Shown: one piece after another, positions 1 to 10,566 of the stretch
Numbering within the stretch: the stretch's first letter is position 1
Layout: each line of letters opens with the position of its first letter
NCBI GenBank assembly: GCA_963761335.1
Contig: CAVXGR010000004.1
Coordinates: 96,001-160,000 of the forward strand
Direction of reading: 5' to 3'
Source of the DNA: an uncultured delta proteobacterium
GTDB taxonomy: Bacteria; Desulfobacterota; Binatia; HRBIN30; BPIQ01
DNA length: 64,000 bases
The notes under the pieces: model-generated
Told to the model about the DNA's origin: nothing
The model's database searches: none
Seen by the model: only the letters and a program-made list of their open reading frames with translations
Made by a program: the position numbers and the translations under genes

Positions 1-2
1 AT

Positions 3-560
3 GATGCCCGCCTTGGCGGCGGAGTAGTCGGGGGCGCCGCCGAGGCCGGTGAGGCCGGCGATCGACGCCATGTTGATGATACGACCGCTGCCGCGGGCCT
101 CCATCACCTTGAGCGCTTCGCGCGTGCAGTAGAACGTGCCGTCGAGGTGCACGGAGAGGGTGCGGCGCCACTGCGCGTCGGTCATCGTGCGCGCCGCGCC
201 GACGCTCTCGGTGGGACGTTGCCCCGACATCAGCAGCCCCAGCTGGCGCGCCGAGCTCGCCCGCACCTCGTCGGACATCAAGGCAATGCCGGCGTTGTTC
301 ACCAGGATGTCCAGGGATCCCAGCTCCGCTTCCAGCTCCTCGAAGAGCGCCGTCACCTCGACGCTGTCGGAGACGTCCGCCGGCAGCGCCAGGCTGCGTC
401 GTCCGAGGCCGCGGATCTCCTCGGCGACGGCGGCGGCAGCGTCCTTCCGGATGTCGTTGACCGCCACGTCGGCGCCCTCGACCGCAAAGGCGCGGGCGAT
501 CTCCTTGCCGATTCCCGATCCCGCCCCGGTGACCAGGGCAATGCGACCTCGCAGCTTCAT
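3..560 (-). CDS. Short-chain dehydrogenase/reductase (FabG-like), runs off the window start
   Basis: Manual minus-strand translation: MKLRGRIALVTGAGSGIGKEIA (TGxxxGIG), LDILVNNAG, IINMASIAG, YSAAK. Absent from the ORF track because the stop is outside the window. Confidence 0.92.
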   Translation of the reverse strand, partial: MKLRGRIALVTGAGSGIGKEIARAFAVEGADVAVNDIRKDAAAAVAEEIRGLGRRSLALPADVSDSVEVTALFEELEAELGSLDILVNNAGIALMSDEVRASSARQLGLLMSGQRPTESVGAARTMTDAQWRRTLSVHLDGTFYCTREALKVMEARGSGRIINMASIAGLTGLGGAPDYSAAKAGI

Positions 561-932
561 TCCAGATGCCTCCACAAGCCTCCCCAAGGCAGGCTCGCCG
601 GAAGTTAGAGCAATGGATGAAGCTTGTCCACCTGTCCGGTTCTATTGCATAGAATTTCGTTGACGGCTTCCGCGACCTGCGCTATGGGTTGCGTTATGCC
701 ATAGCGGCGGGCCACCGCTATGGATAAGGATGAACGGTACCCGCGACGTCATCGGCGCGGGCGCCGCGATTGCGGAAGGGTGGTTGGGAGTGATGAGGGA
801 GACGGTCCCCCCGAGCGACTTTTGCGCCACTGCGCGGACGAAAATGCACGCCGCGCAGGTAGGGGCTTGGTCTTTGCGCGCTTTCGCCCACACCGGACGC
901 AGTCGATTCGAGGCATTGACGCGATTGCATGC

Positions 933-948
933 CGGCACCTGGTTTGCA
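933..948 (+). promoter_or_regulatory. Putative sigma54 (-24/-12) promoter
   Basis: CGGCAC-CTGGT-TTGCA matches YGGCAC-N5-TTGC, about 38 nt upstream of the ATG at 986. Confidence 0.5.
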
Positions 949-985
949 CATGCAGCGCGAGCAATCCCCAGTCGGAGGTAGAGTG

Positions 986-1270
986 ATGCCGAGACCAAGG
1001 TGCATTGGGACGCAGGTCGAACCCCGCACGTTGAAGTCGGAGGAGCAGCTGATGCTCGCGGTGTTCGAGCAGGCGGTGGTCGATCTCGACAACGGCTGCC
1101 CGGCTGTCCGCGCGGATGCGGAAGCGTACTTCTTTGCTTACGAGCCTGATTCGAGTGCTTTCAGCTTCGACGCGGTCTGCTACCAGTTCGGTTTTTCTCC
1201 AAGCGCGATTCGCCAGGCGCTGCGCAAGCGTCCGAAGGTGCGGCCGCTCGGAATGCAGCGGGCAGCGTAG
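986..1270 (+). CDS. Small hypothetical protein
   Basis: GGAGG RBS at 974-978, ATG at 986, protein-like sequence (EEQLMLAVFEQAVVDL...FSFDAVCYQFGFSPSAIRQAL). Confidence 0.65.
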   Translation: MPRPRCIGTQVEPRTLKSEEQLMLAVFEQAVVDLDNGCPAVRADAEAYFFAYEPDSSAFSFDAVCYQFGFSPSAIRQALRKRPKVRPLGMQRAA

Positions 1271-1354
1271 GTACTGATCTTTTCGTTTACCAATTCGATG
1301 GTCGCATGCTGCGCGATTTGACCCAGGATTGGGTTCAAGCACGCAGACAGCGTC

Positions 1355-1954
1355 TCACCGGTGCGCGTGCCGCCCCCAGGCGGCCTCGACGCGGCCGCGC
1401 AGCTCCTCGATCGAGCCGGTGTTTTCGATGACCACGGCGGCGTGGCGCTGCCGCTCGTCGTCGGTGATCTGGGAGGCGACCCGGGCGGCGATCTGACTTG
1501 GCGGTAGGCCGCGCTCGGCGTGGACGCGGTCGATCACCGCTTCCGGAGTAGCCGTCACTACCCAGACCTCGTCGACCAGGGGAGTCCAGTTGGCCTCGAT
1601 GAGGACGGCCGCCTCGACGACGATCGGCTGCGTGCTGCCGGCGGCGCGCCTGGCAGCGATCTGCTCCTGAACGGCGCCGGCGATGAGGGGGTGGACGATG
1701 GCGTTCAATCGCGCCAGCGCCCGCGGGTCGGCGAAGACGATGGCGGCGAGCCGTTTGCGATCGATGTGGCCGTCCTCGCCCACCACCCCGGCTCCGAAGC
1801 TCTCGACGATGGAATGCCAGCCGGCGCACCCCGGCTCATAGACCTGATGGCCGACCAGATCGGCGTTGATGATCTCGGCGCCGAGGTCCGCGAGAATCCG
1901 GGCGACGGTGCTCTTGCCGCTGCCGATGCCGCCGGTCAGGCCGATAGTTCGCAT
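1355..1954 (-). CDS. coaE: Dephospho-CoA kinase
   Basis: IGLTGGIGSGKSTV P-loop, IDRKRLAAIVF, LNAIVHPLI, VIENTGS. Confidence 0.95.
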   Translation of the reverse strand: MRTIGLTGGIGSGKSTVARILADLGAEIINADLVGHQVYEPGCAGWHSIVESFGAGVVGEDGHIDRKRLAAIVFADPRALARLNAIVHPLIAGAVQEQIAARRAAGSTQPIVVEAAVLIEANWTPLVDEVWVVTATPEAVIDRVHAERGLPPSQIAARVASQITDDERQRHAAVVIENTGSIEELRGRVEAAWGRHAHR

Positions 1955-1980
1955 GCGCGCCTGACCCCCCGGCGACGGGT

Positions 1981-2024
1981 CCCCTCTCCCGCGGTCTTTT
2001 CGCGGGAGAGGGTCAGGGTGAGGG
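1981..2024. repeat. Palindromic REP-like element
   Basis: Stem CCCTCTCCCGCG / CGCGGGAGAGGG followed by TCAGGGTGAGGG, intergenic. Confidence 0.5.
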
Positions 2025-2044
2025 CTGTCGGGAGCCGATCCAAC

Positions 2045-3130
2045 TCAGCTCGCCCACGGCAGCTGAACGCCGGCCGCCTGCAGGCGGCTGAAGAAGCTGA
2101 TCAGCGCCGGGGGCATGGCCGTTTCCTCCTCCTCGGTCGAGTCGGGGAGTGACTCGAAGTCGAGGATATCGAGCTCGGCGAACTTCTGCCGCACCTTCGG
2201 GGTGAGCAGGCCGAGGCGCTTCAGGTTGGGGACGATCTTGGAGAAGAGGATCTGCCGGAAGCCGATCATGAACGGCGTGCTCAGCGACCACGGCATCCAC
2301 ACCTTGGGGTCGAGGCCGATGCGCGGCCAGACCTCTTCCATCAGCAGGCGGTCGCGCATCAGCACGGTCGCCTCGATGACGAACTCCTCGCGCTCGCGCA
2401 GCTCGGTCGACGACATCTCCTTGGTGTAGAGATCCTGGAGCGACAGCACTCCGAAGGCCACGTGACGCGCCTCATCGCGCATCACGGCCGCGGTGATCTG
2501 CTGGATGAGCGGCTCGTCCGCCTGGGTGAAGCGCATGATCCCGAAGGCGGCGAGCGCCAGGCCCTCGACCATGATCTGCATGCCCAGGTAGATCATGTCC
2601 CAGCGCGATTCGGAGATGATCTGGCTGAGGAGGGTGTGCAGATGCGGATTGACGGCGTAGCTCAGCCCCATCTTCTCGGTGAGGTAGCGGCGGTACACCT
2701 CGACGTGACGGGCTTCGTCGGCGACCTGATTGGCGGCGTAGAACTTCGCCTCGAGCCAGGGGACGGTGTTGACGATCTCGGCGGTGGCCAGCAGCGCCCC
2801 CTGCTCGCCGTGCATGAACTGCGACAGCATCCAGGCATTCATGTGATGGTTCATGCGGCTGCGCGTTGCTCGGTCGAGCTTCTCGGGAGGGTTGAGCACC
2901 GAATCGAAGGCCTCGGTGTCCTCGACACGGATGCGCTCGGGGTCGACGTCGATCGACCAGTCGATGTCCGTGGAGGCGTTCCACTGGAGCTTCTTGCCCT
3001 TCTCGTACAGACGCAGTAGCTCGTCGTGGCGCACCTTGTAGTCCCAGTTGAAGATGGTCGGGTACGACGTGCCGACGCTCTCCTGCTGCCCGGCCGGCGG
3101 TAGCTCGATGTCTCGAATGACGGCGCTCAT
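2045..3130 (-). CDS. Ferritin-like diiron protein (AurF/N-oxygenase-like)
   Basis: Two DEARH (ExxH) motifs plus HGEQGAL and VEGLALAAF. Start taken at MSAVIRD. Confidence 0.85.
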   Translation of the reverse strand: MSAVIRDIELPPAGQQESVGTSYPTIFNWDYKVRHDELLRLYEKGKKLQWNASTDIDWSIDVDPERIRVEDTEAFDSVLNPPEKLDRATRSRMNHHMNAWMLSQFMHGEQGALLATAEIVNTVPWLEAKFYAANQVADEARHVEVYRRYLTEKMGLSYAVNPHLHTLLSQIISESRWDMIYLGMQIMVEGLALAAFGIMRFTQADEPLIQQITAAVMRDEARHVAFGVLSLQDLYTKEMSSTELREREEFVIEATVLMRDRLLMEEVWPRIGLDPKVWMPWSLSTPFMIGFRQILFSKIVPNLKRLGLLTPKVRQKFAELDILDFESLPDSTEEEETAMPPALISFFSRLQAAGVQLPWAS

Positions 3131-3296
3131 CTCGATAGTCTCCCCTTCGAGTGCAGAGTTTCTTCGTTGCTGTCCGGAAGGCGTTCGACTATATGAGTAA
3201 ATACTCGCGTTTTCAACTCGCATTCGGCGAGGGCGTTCCCTTTCCCGGACCGGTGAGAAGGAGCCCTCGCTGGCAACGATGTACGCGGGAACCGAT

Positions 3297-3980
3297 ATGA
3301 GCGAACGACAACGCCGAGCCAAGCCGGGGAACCGCCGAACCGTCGCCCGAAAGAAGCCGCTGCAGGCGCGCAGCCAACAGACGGTCACCGCCATTCTCGA
3401 CGCCGCGGCTCGCGTTTTCGCCGAGCGCGGCTATGCATCGACGACCACCAATCACATCGCCGAATGCGCCGGCGTGTCGATCGGCTCGCTCTATCAGTAC
3501 TTCCCCTCCAAGGACGCGGTGCTGGTCGCCCTCGCGGAGCGGCACGTCGAGCACACCTTTGCGGCAATCCTGGAAGAGGTGCGCAGCAAGCGCGAGGCTC
3601 CCGTCCCCGAGCTGCTGCGAGCCCTGGTGGACGCGCTGGTGCGCGCCCACCAGATCGAGCCCCGCCTGCACCGCGTCCTCTTCGAGGAGGCGCACGTCAT
3701 CGACAGCGAGTTCAGCCGGCGCCTGGAAGAGCTCGATCGCAAGGCCATTCAGCTGGCGCGGGATCTGATCGAGGAGCGCTGTGCCGAGCTGGCGATCGAG
3801 AACCCGGAGATGGCCAGCTTCATCGTCGTCCAGGTTCTCGAGGGTCTCACTCATGCCGTGGTGGTGCGCCACCCGAATGTTCTCGGAACCGCCGCCTTTG
3901 GCGACGAGCTCGTGCGCCTCCTGCACGCCTACCTGATGGGCGGGAGCCCACTTGCTTCCGCGAGCCGCGCCGCTTCCTGA
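3297..3980 (+). CDS. TetR/AcrR family transcriptional regulator
   Basis: ILDAAARVFAERGYASTTTNHIAECAGVSIGSLYQYFPSK helix-turn-helix. Confidence 0.93.
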   Translation: MSERQRRAKPGNRRTVARKKPLQARSQQTVTAILDAAARVFAERGYASTTTNHIAECAGVSIGSLYQYFPSKDAVLVALAERHVEHTFAAILEEVRSKREAPVPELLRALVDALVRAHQIEPRLHRVLFEEAHVIDSEFSRRLEELDRKAIQLARDLIEERCAELAIENPEMASFIVVQVLEGLTHAVVVRHPNVLGTAAFGDELVRLLHAYLMGGSPLASASRAAS

Positions 3981-4006
3981 GGGGCAGCGCAGATCGGAGA
4001 GAGAAT

Positions 4007-4984
4007 ATGCGAGCCATCGTTTTCGATCAGCCCGGTGACGAGAGTGTGCTGCACCTGGGAGATGCCCCGTCGCCGCCGATGGCGGCCACCGACCTGCGCA
4101 TCCGCGTGCGCGGCACCGCCGTCAACCGCGCCGATCTGCTGCAACGCCAAGGAATGTACCCGCCCCCGCCGGGAGCCTCGGAGATCCTCGGGCTGGAGTG
4201 TGCCGGTGAGGTGGTCGAGGTGGGCGGCGAGGTGAGCGGTTGGAAGCGGGGCGAGCGCGCCATGGCGCTTCTCGCCGGGGGCGGCTACGCCGAGGAGGCG
4301 GTGGTTCACGCCGGCTCGGCGCTGCATGTGCCGGAGGCCCTGTCCGACCAGGAGGCCGGCGCCATGCCCGAGGTCTTTCTCACGGCCTTCCTCAACATCT
4401 TCCTGCTCGGCAACCCGGCGGCCGCCGGCAGCGTTCTCGTGCACGGCGGCGGCAGCGGCGTCGGCACCGCGGCCACCACTCTGTGCAACGAGGCCGGGCT
4501 GCGGGTGCTGGTGACCGCGGGCAGCGACGAGAAGTGCGAGCGCTGCCGCGAGCACGGCGCCGACGTGGCGATCAACTACCGCACCCAGTCGTTCGCCGAG
4601 GAGGTGCGCAAGGAGACCGGTGGCACCGGCGTCGACGTCGTCCTCGACTGCGTCGGCGGCCGCTATCTGGGGGACAACATCGCCTGCCTCTCCACCGAGG
4701 GACGCCTGGTGATCATCGGCCTCATGGGCGGCGCCCGCGCCGAGGTCAACCTCGTCTCGCTGCTGGTGAATCGCCTTCAGGTCATCGGCTCGACCCTGCG
4801 CACGCGCTCGGTCGAGGAGAAGGCCCACATCGTCCAGTCCTTCGAATCGCAGTTCGGTGAGGCCCTGCGCGCTGGCCGCCTGCGCCCCGTCATCGACCAA
4901 GTCCTCCCGCTGTCGGAGGCCGCCGAAGCCCATCGCATCGTCCAGCGCGACGAGCACTTCGGCAAGGTCGCTCTGAAAGTATAG
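4007..4984 (+). CDS. NAD(P)H-quinone oxidoreductase (PIG3/MDR family)
   Basis: VNRADLLQRQGMYPPPPGASEILGLECAG, VLVHGGGSGVG, HFGKV. Confidence 0.93.
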   Translation: MRAIVFDQPGDESVLHLGDAPSPPMAATDLRIRVRGTAVNRADLLQRQGMYPPPPGASEILGLECAGEVVEVGGEVSGWKRGERAMALLAGGGYAEEAVVHAGSALHVPEALSDQEAGAMPEVFLTAFLNIFLLGNPAAAGSVLVHGGGSGVGTAATTLCNEAGLRVLVTAGSDEKCERCREHGADVAINYRTQSFAEEVRKETGGTGVDVVLDCVGGRYLGDNIACLSTEGRLVIIGLMGGARAEVNLVSLLVNRLQVIGSTLRTRSVEEKAHIVQSFESQFGEALRAGRLRPVIDQVLPLSEAAEAHRIVQRDEHFGKVALKV

Positions 4985-5164
4985 GTTGTTGGGTTGTTAG
5001 GTTGTTAGGTTGTGGTGGTTCTCTATCCAAGAACCTAACAACTCAACAACTCAACAACCTAACAACCTAACAACCTAACAACCTAACAACCTAACAACCT
5101 AACAACCTAACAACCTAACAACCTAACAACCTAACAACCTAACAACCTAACAACCTAACAACCT
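4982..5164. repeat. 8-bp tandem repeat (AACAACCT)n with an inverted arm
   Basis: About 16 copies at 5032-5164 and about 4 reverse-complement copies (AGGTTGTT) at 4982-5012, between convergent genes. Confidence 0.9.
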
Positions 5165-5175
5165 GCCTCTCTCCC

Positions 5176-6408
5176 TCACTCGTAGCGGAGCGCGGAGATC
5201 GGATCCAATCTCGCCGCTTGGCGGGCGGGATAGATGCCGAAGAAGAGGCCGATGGCGCCGGAGAAGACGAGGGCGCCGCCGACGGCGAGGGGAGAGATGA
5301 CCACCGGCCAGTGCGCCAGGCCGGCGACCCCCTTTGCGGCCAGGACTCCCAGGGCGACGCCGCCGACGCCGCCGGCGCTGCTGAGAACCACGGACTCCAC
5401 CAGAAACTGCGCCAGGATGTGGCGCGCCTTGGCGCCGACGGCGCGGCGGATGCCGATCTCTCTGGTGCGCTCCGCCACCGACACCAGCAGGATGTTCATG
5501 ATGCCGATGCCGCCGACCAGCAGCGAGATGGCGGCGACGCTGCCGAGAAGCCAGGTCATGGTGCGCCCCGTGGACGCGAAGGCGTTGGCGATCTCCTCGG
5601 TGTTGCGCACCGTGAAGTCCTCCTCCTGGCCCTTGGCGATGTGGTGCCGCTGCCGCAGCAACACGGCGATGTCGTCGGAGACCTGGTCGAGATCCGCCCG
5701 CGCCTTTCCCTTGACGAAGATCTGGTCGACGATGCCGAGAATGGCGGAGCCCAGCACGCGGCGCTCGGCGGTGCTGAAGGGCACCAGGACCACGTCGTCC
5801 TGGTCCTGTCCCCACATCGTCTGCCCGCGCTCCTCCAGCACGCCGATGACGCGCAGGGGGACGTTCTTGACGCGGATGATGGCGCCAACGGGGTCCTGCC
5901 CGAGGCCGAACACCTTCTCCACCACCGTCTGCCCCAGGACGCAGACCTTGGCGACGGTGTCCTCCTCGCGCTGCGTATAGAAGCGCCCGACGGACACCGG
6001 CCAGTCGCGCACCACGGTAAACTCCGGATTGGCTCCGGTGACCACCGTGCTCCAGTTCTGGTTGCCGTTCACCACCTGCACGATCTCGCGGTCGAAGTAG
6101 GCCACCGCCTCGACGCCGGGGACCTCGACCCGGATGGCGCGGGCATCGGCCTCGGTGAGCGTCGACGCCCCTCCCCAGCCCGAGCGGGCGCCTCCCGAGG
6201 TGGTGGCGCCGGGGTAAATCATCAGGACGTTGCTGCCGAGGCTGGAGATCTGCTGCTGCACGGTGATCGCCGCCCCCTGGCCGATGGACACCATGGCGAC
6301 CACGGCGCCGACTCCGAAGACGATGCCGATGGTGGTCAGCGCCGAGCGCATCTTGTTGCGACTCAGTGCCCGCAACGCCAGCTGCAGAGTCATGCGCGCG
6401 AACTTCAT
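5176..6408 (-). CDS. MacB-family ABC transporter permease
   Basis: [60 protein letters not shown]. Confidence 0.95.
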   Translation of the reverse strand: MKFARMTLQLALRALSRNKMRSALTTIGIVFGVGAVVAMVSIGQGAAITVQQQISSLGSNVLMIYPGATTSGGARSGWGGASTLTEADARAIRVEVPGVEAVAYFDREIVQVVNGNQNWSTVVTGANPEFTVVRDWPVSVGRFYTQREEDTVAKVCVLGQTVVEKVFGLGQDPVGAIIRVKNVPLRVIGVLEERGQTMWGQDQDDVVLVPFSTAERRVLGSAILGIVDQIFVKGKARADLDQVSDDIAVLLRQRHHIAKGQEEDFTVRNTEEIANAFASTGRTMTWLLGSVAAISLLVGGIGIMNILLVSVAERTREIGIRRAVGAKARHILAQFLVESVVLSSAGGVGGVALGVLAAKGVAGLAHWPVVISPLAVGGALVFSGAIGLFFGIYPARQAARLDPISALRYE

Positions 6409-7130
6409 TGGCGGCGCTCCTCGCTGACGATGCGCCCGTCGCGGAAGACGATGCGGCGACGGGCGAAGGCGGCCACCTCGGCCTCGTGGGTGACCACCAG
6501 CAGGGTGATTGCCTCGTCGCGGTTGAGATTCTGAAAAAGGGTCATGATCTCGTTGCTGCTGCCGCTGTCGAGGTTCCCGGTGGGCTCGTCGGCGAGGATG
6601 ATTGTCGGCCGGTTGACCAGCGCCCGAGCGATGGCGACCCGCTGCTGCTGTCCTCCGGAGAGCTGGCTGGGATAGTGGCCGGCACGGTCCGAGAGCCCGA
6701 CGCGGCCGAGCGCCTCCATGGCGCGCTGGTGCTGCTGGGCGAGGGGCAAGGTGCCGTAGTAGAGCGGCAGCTCGACGTTCTCGAGCGCCGTCGTGCGCGG
6801 CAGCAGGTTGAAGCTCTGGAAGACGAAGCCCAGAGTGCGATTGCGCAGCTCGGCGAGCTCGTCGGCGCTGAGGCGGCCGACGTCCCTGCCGTCGAGCAGA
6901 TAGCGCCCGCTGGTCGGCCGATCCAGGCAGCCGAGGATGTTCATGAAGGTCGACTTGCCCGAGCCGGAAGCGCCCATGATGGCGACGAACTCGCCGCGCT
7001 CGGCCCGCAGGGTGACGCCGCGCAGCGCCTGCACCTCGGTGTCGCCCATCCGGTAGGTGCGGGTCAGGTCGTTTGCCTCGATCAGCCCGGCCGCGGGGCC
7101 CGGAACGGCGCCGGCAGGCGCGGCGGTCAT
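6405..7130 (-). CDS. ABC transporter ATP-binding protein (MacB/LolD-like)
   Basis: [29 protein letters not shown]. Confidence 0.95.
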   Translation of the reverse strand: MTAAPAGAVPGPAAGLIEANDLTRTYRMGDTEVQALRGVTLRAERGEFVAIMGASGSGKSTFMNILGCLDRPTSGRYLLDGRDVGRLSADELAELRNRTLGFVFQSFNLLPRTTALENVELPLYYGTLPLAQQHQRAMEALGRVGLSDRAGHYPSQLSGGQQQRVAIARALVNRPTIILADEPTGNLDSGSSNEIMTLFQNLNRDEAITLLVVTHEAEVAAFARRRIVFRDGRIVSEERRQ

Positions 7131-8362
7131 TTCTTGCTCTTGCCGCGGCGGAAGCTCGGCATGCCGAGCACCTGCGGCGCTTCCTCGGGGCTACCGGTCT
7201 GGCGCAGGGCGACGATCACGCGCTCGCCGGCGCGCAGGTCGCCGCCGGTCACCTCGGCGTACTGCTCGTTGGCGATGCCCGTATCGACGGCAACGGGCTT
7301 TGGCGCGCCGTCGGCGGCCAACTGCCAGACGGTCTTCTCCGCGGCGCCGGGGCTCGCTGCGGCCGTCGGCTGCGGCACCGACGGCGGCCGGAAGCGCAGC
7401 GCCGCCAGCGGCACGCGCAGGACGTTCTCGCGATGGGCGGTGACGATGGAGACATTGGCGGTCATTCCCGGCCGCAGCTTCAGCTCGCGGTTGTCGACGG
7501 AGACGATGACGTCGTAGGTGACCACGTTCTGCACCGTCAGCGGGGCGTTGCGCACCTGGGTCACCGTGCCCTCGAACGGGGTGTCCGGAAAGGCATCGAC
7601 GGTGAAGGTGGCGGCGTCGCCTTCGGACACCGCCCCGATGTCGGACTCCGAGACGTTGGCGTTGACCTGCATCTTGGTGAGGTCCTCGGCGATGAGAAAG
7701 AGGGTCGGAGTCTGAAAGCTGGCGGCCACGGTCTGGCCCACGTCGACGTTGCGGCTGACGACGATGCCGTCGACCGGAGACTCGATGCGGGTGTAGTCGA
7801 GCTGTACCTTGGCCTCCTCCAGGGCGCCCTCGGCCTGCTTCACCTGCGCCTGGTCGAGCTGCATCTGCGCCTTCGCCTGCTCCACCGCGGACTCGGCCTC
7901 GTCGAGCTCAGCGCGGGAGATCAGGTGCTGGGCGAACAGCTCGCGGGAGCGCCGCAGGGTCTTCTGCTTCAGGTCGAGGTCGGCGCGGTCTTTCTCGACC
8001 CGCGCCCGGGCGTTGGCGAGGCTGGCCTCGGCCTGATCGACGCGCAGCTGGAACGGCTTCGGATCGATCTCGGCGATCCGCTGCCCCTTCTTCACCGGCG
8101 AGTTGTAATCGACGTAGATCTTCTGGATGGGGCCCGAGACGTAGGTGCCCACCTGAACCGTGGCCACCGGGTTGACCGTGCCGGTGGCGGTGACCACCAC
8201 GTCGATGTCGCCGCGATCGAGTGCCGTGGTCACGTACTCGACGGCACCCTTGCCGTTCCCCACGGCCCGCAGGGCAGCAAAGGCGACGGCCGCGGCGATC
8301 ACCAGCGCCGTCAGCAGGAGGAGAAGACGCCGGCCCGCCGCGCCTGTGCGGGAGTGGAGCAC
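7127..8362 (-). CDS. MacA-like periplasmic adaptor (membrane fusion protein)
   Basis: [48 protein letters not shown]. Confidence 0.93.
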   Translation of the reverse strand: MLHSRTGAAGRRLLLLLTALVIAAAVAFAALRAVGNGKGAVEYVTTALDRGDIDVVVTATGTVNPVATVQVGTYVSGPIQKIYVDYNSPVKKGQRIAEIDPKPFQLRVDQAEASLANARARVEKDRADLDLKQKTLRRSRELFAQHLISRAELDEAESAVEQAKAQMQLDQAQVKQAEGALEEAKVQLDYTRIESPVDGIVVSRNVDVGQTVAASFQTPTLFLIAEDLTKMQVNANVSESDIGAVSEGDAATFTVDAFPDTPFEGTVTQVRNAPLTVQNVVTYDVIVSVDNRELKLRPGMTANVSIVTAHRENVLRVPLAALRFRPPSVPQPTAAASPGAAEKTVWQLAADGAPKPVAVDTGIANEQYAEVTGGDLRAGERVIVALRQTGSPEEAPQVLGMPSFRRGKSKK

Positions 8363-8369
8363 GCCGGCG

Positions 8370-10160
8370 TCAGAAATGCGCCCACCACGGAGTCGGCACG
8401 TCCTCTCCCTTGTCGACCACGACGTTGCGAGACTCGAGGAGAGTGCCCTCGGCGAGCCGCAAGCGGGCGAGATCGACGTTGTAGCCGGTCAGTGACTGCA
8501 CCTCGGCGGCCTGCGCCTGGGTCAGCTGGTTCTGGAAGTCGAGAAGGTCCTTGGTGGTTGCCAGCCCGACGTCGTAGCGCGCTTGCTGGTTGCGGACGTT
8601 CTCCTCGGCGAGCTGGCGCGCGATGCGCGTCGCCTCGATGCTCTTCAGGTCGCTCAGCAGGCTGGTGACGGCGCTCTTCACCTCCAGGGTCACCGACTCC
8701 TGCTCCTGCTGCAGCTGCCGCTGCGACGACTCCAGGTCGATGCGCGAGCGGGCGTAGTCCGCCTTTGCCTGAGCGTTGCCGATGGGGATCTCCAAGGTCA
8801 CTCCGGCGCTGTACGAATAGTAGCGCCCATCGAAGGAGCGATTGAGGGAGTCCTCGTAGGGACCGTTGTACGGGTTCACCAGGGTCGTGACCTCGCCGGT
8901 GGTGGCGTCGGTGGTCTGCGTCACCACGCGCCCGCCGCTGAGACCGTTGGTGCCGAGCGTGCCGACCGCGTTCAGGCGCGGCAGCAGCTGGTTCTCCGCC
9001 ACCTTGAGCATCATGCCGCTGCCCTTGATCGCCAGCTGTGCCGCGATCAGCTCGGGCCGGCTCTGCAGGGCCGTCGACAGGCTGCGCTCGAGGTCGACGT
9101 CGTAGGGGACGACCTTGGGCTCGTCGGCCGGATCGATCATCACCAGGGCGTTGGTTCCGGGCTCGCGGTAGTTGAGCAGGGCCCGCAGGTTGTCGCGGGC
9201 GAGCTCCTGCGCCGTGTGCGCCTGGATCAGGTTGGCGTCGAGCCGCGCCACGTCGGCGCGGGCCTCGAGGACCGCGGTCTGCGGCAGTGTGCCGACATTG
9301 TACTTGCCCTCGTTCTGCCGCTGCAGCTCGCGCGACGCCGCCAGGCCCTTTTCCTGGACGCGGATGTTCTCGATCGCCTGCACCAGGTTCCAGTAGGCCT
9401 GCTCCACCTGCAGGATGATCGAGGCCACCTGCGCCTCGTACTGGTAGATGGATTGCTCGCGGGCGTTGCGGGCGACGCGCACCAGCAGGGTGCTGAAGCG
9501 CCAGCCGAAGTCGCGCAGCAGGGGCTGGTTCAGGGAGAGGATGAAATTGGTGGTGTACTGCGGCGAGAGCCGCGTGAAGGAGGAGTTGGTCGTCAGTCGG
9601 TTGTTGCGCCAGCTCAGCGACAGCTGGCCGCCGCTCAGCAGGGTCTTGCGCACCCCGCCGTCGACGTTGATGTTGTGGGCGCTGTTCACCGGCGGGCCGA
9701 GGAGGGCGAGCGTGCCGACCAGAGACGCCGGGACGCCGGTGCCTTCGGGCCGCAGATACGAGCTCGACAGCTGCGCCGCCCGGTCGTAGCTGAAGTCGCC
9801 GTAGAGGGTGGGATCGAAGATCGCCTGCGAGCTGCGCACCTGCTCGCGCGCCGCCAGCGGGCCGAGCCTCTGGATCTTCAGATTGGTGTTGTTGGCCAGG
9901 GCCATGGCGATGGCCTCTTCGAGCGTGAGCGAGCGGCTCTTGGCCGTCTCGCGCAGCAGGCCGTAGTGCTCGAGACCACCGGGATAGAGCTCGACGTTCG
10001 AGGGCACATCCTTGCCACTCCACTGATCCGCCAACACTTTGGCGTAGTTCGGTGTCTCTTGGAGCAGGTTGATCTCGGGCTCCGGCTCTCCGGCGCCAGC
10101 GCCGAAGGCGGAGGCCGCGACGCACACCACCGCAATCCACAGTACCGATCGTCTAATCAT
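8370..10160 (-). CDS. TolC-family outer membrane protein
   Basis: Signal peptide, LTLEEAIAMALANN, VEQAYWNL, RYDVGLATTKDLL. First gene of the efflux operon. Confidence 0.9.
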   Translation of the reverse strand: MIRRSVLWIAVVCVAASAFGAGAGEPEPEINLLQETPNYAKVLADQWSGKDVPSNVELYPGGLEHYGLLRETAKSRSLTLEEAIAMALANNTNLKIQRLGPLAAREQVRSSQAIFDPTLYGDFSYDRAAQLSSSYLRPEGTGVPASLVGTLALLGPPVNSAHNINVDGGVRKTLLSGGQLSLSWRNNRLTTNSSFTRLSPQYTTNFILSLNQPLLRDFGWRFSTLLVRVARNAREQSIYQYEAQVASIILQVEQAYWNLVQAIENIRVQEKGLAASRELQRQNEGKYNVGTLPQTAVLEARADVARLDANLIQAHTAQELARDNLRALLNYREPGTNALVMIDPADEPKVVPYDVDLERSLSTALQSRPELIAAQLAIKGSGMMLKVAENQLLPRLNAVGTLGTNGLSGGRVVTQTTDATTGEVTTLVNPYNGPYEDSLNRSFDGRYYSYSAGVTLEIPIGNAQAKADYARSRIDLESSQRQLQQEQESVTLEVKSAVTSLLSDLKSIEATRIARQLAEENVRNQQARYDVGLATTKDLLDFQNQLTQAQAAEVQSLTGYNVDLARLRLAEGTLLESRNVVVDKGEDVPTPWWAHF

Positions 10161-10566
10161 CGCAACTTCCTTCTACCCGATTGGCCGGCCGGCGCGAGTG
10201 CCGGTTGGCGTGGGTGCCCGCGCCAGGGGGCTCGCGGCGCGCAGCACTCGAACGCTTAGCATGCCGCCGCTTGTCGGTCACGCCGTGGCGGCGAAAGCCA
10301 AAGAGATGTCCGGAATCGAACGTCGGCGGCAAACGCGTAGCGCGCTTTCGCCGGCGGCGCCGGCCCCGACATGGCGGCTGACGGACGAGGCGCCATGTCG
10401 GACCGCCGGTCGCCGGGCCTTCTGCATGCCGCCTCTCATGCGCAGCCGCAGCCGGCGACCAATCGGCCGCGGATCAGCGCTCTGACTCGCCATCTGGCAC
10501 GTGGCTCGCACTGCGCCGGAGCATTCGATGAGTTGTGGAGGCAGTCAGGTGCGACGGGAGATTTCC

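Noticed and set aside
720..986. Short ORFs upstream of the 986 gene
   Set aside because: No recognisable motif. The region is better explained as regulatory DNA containing the sigma54-like site.
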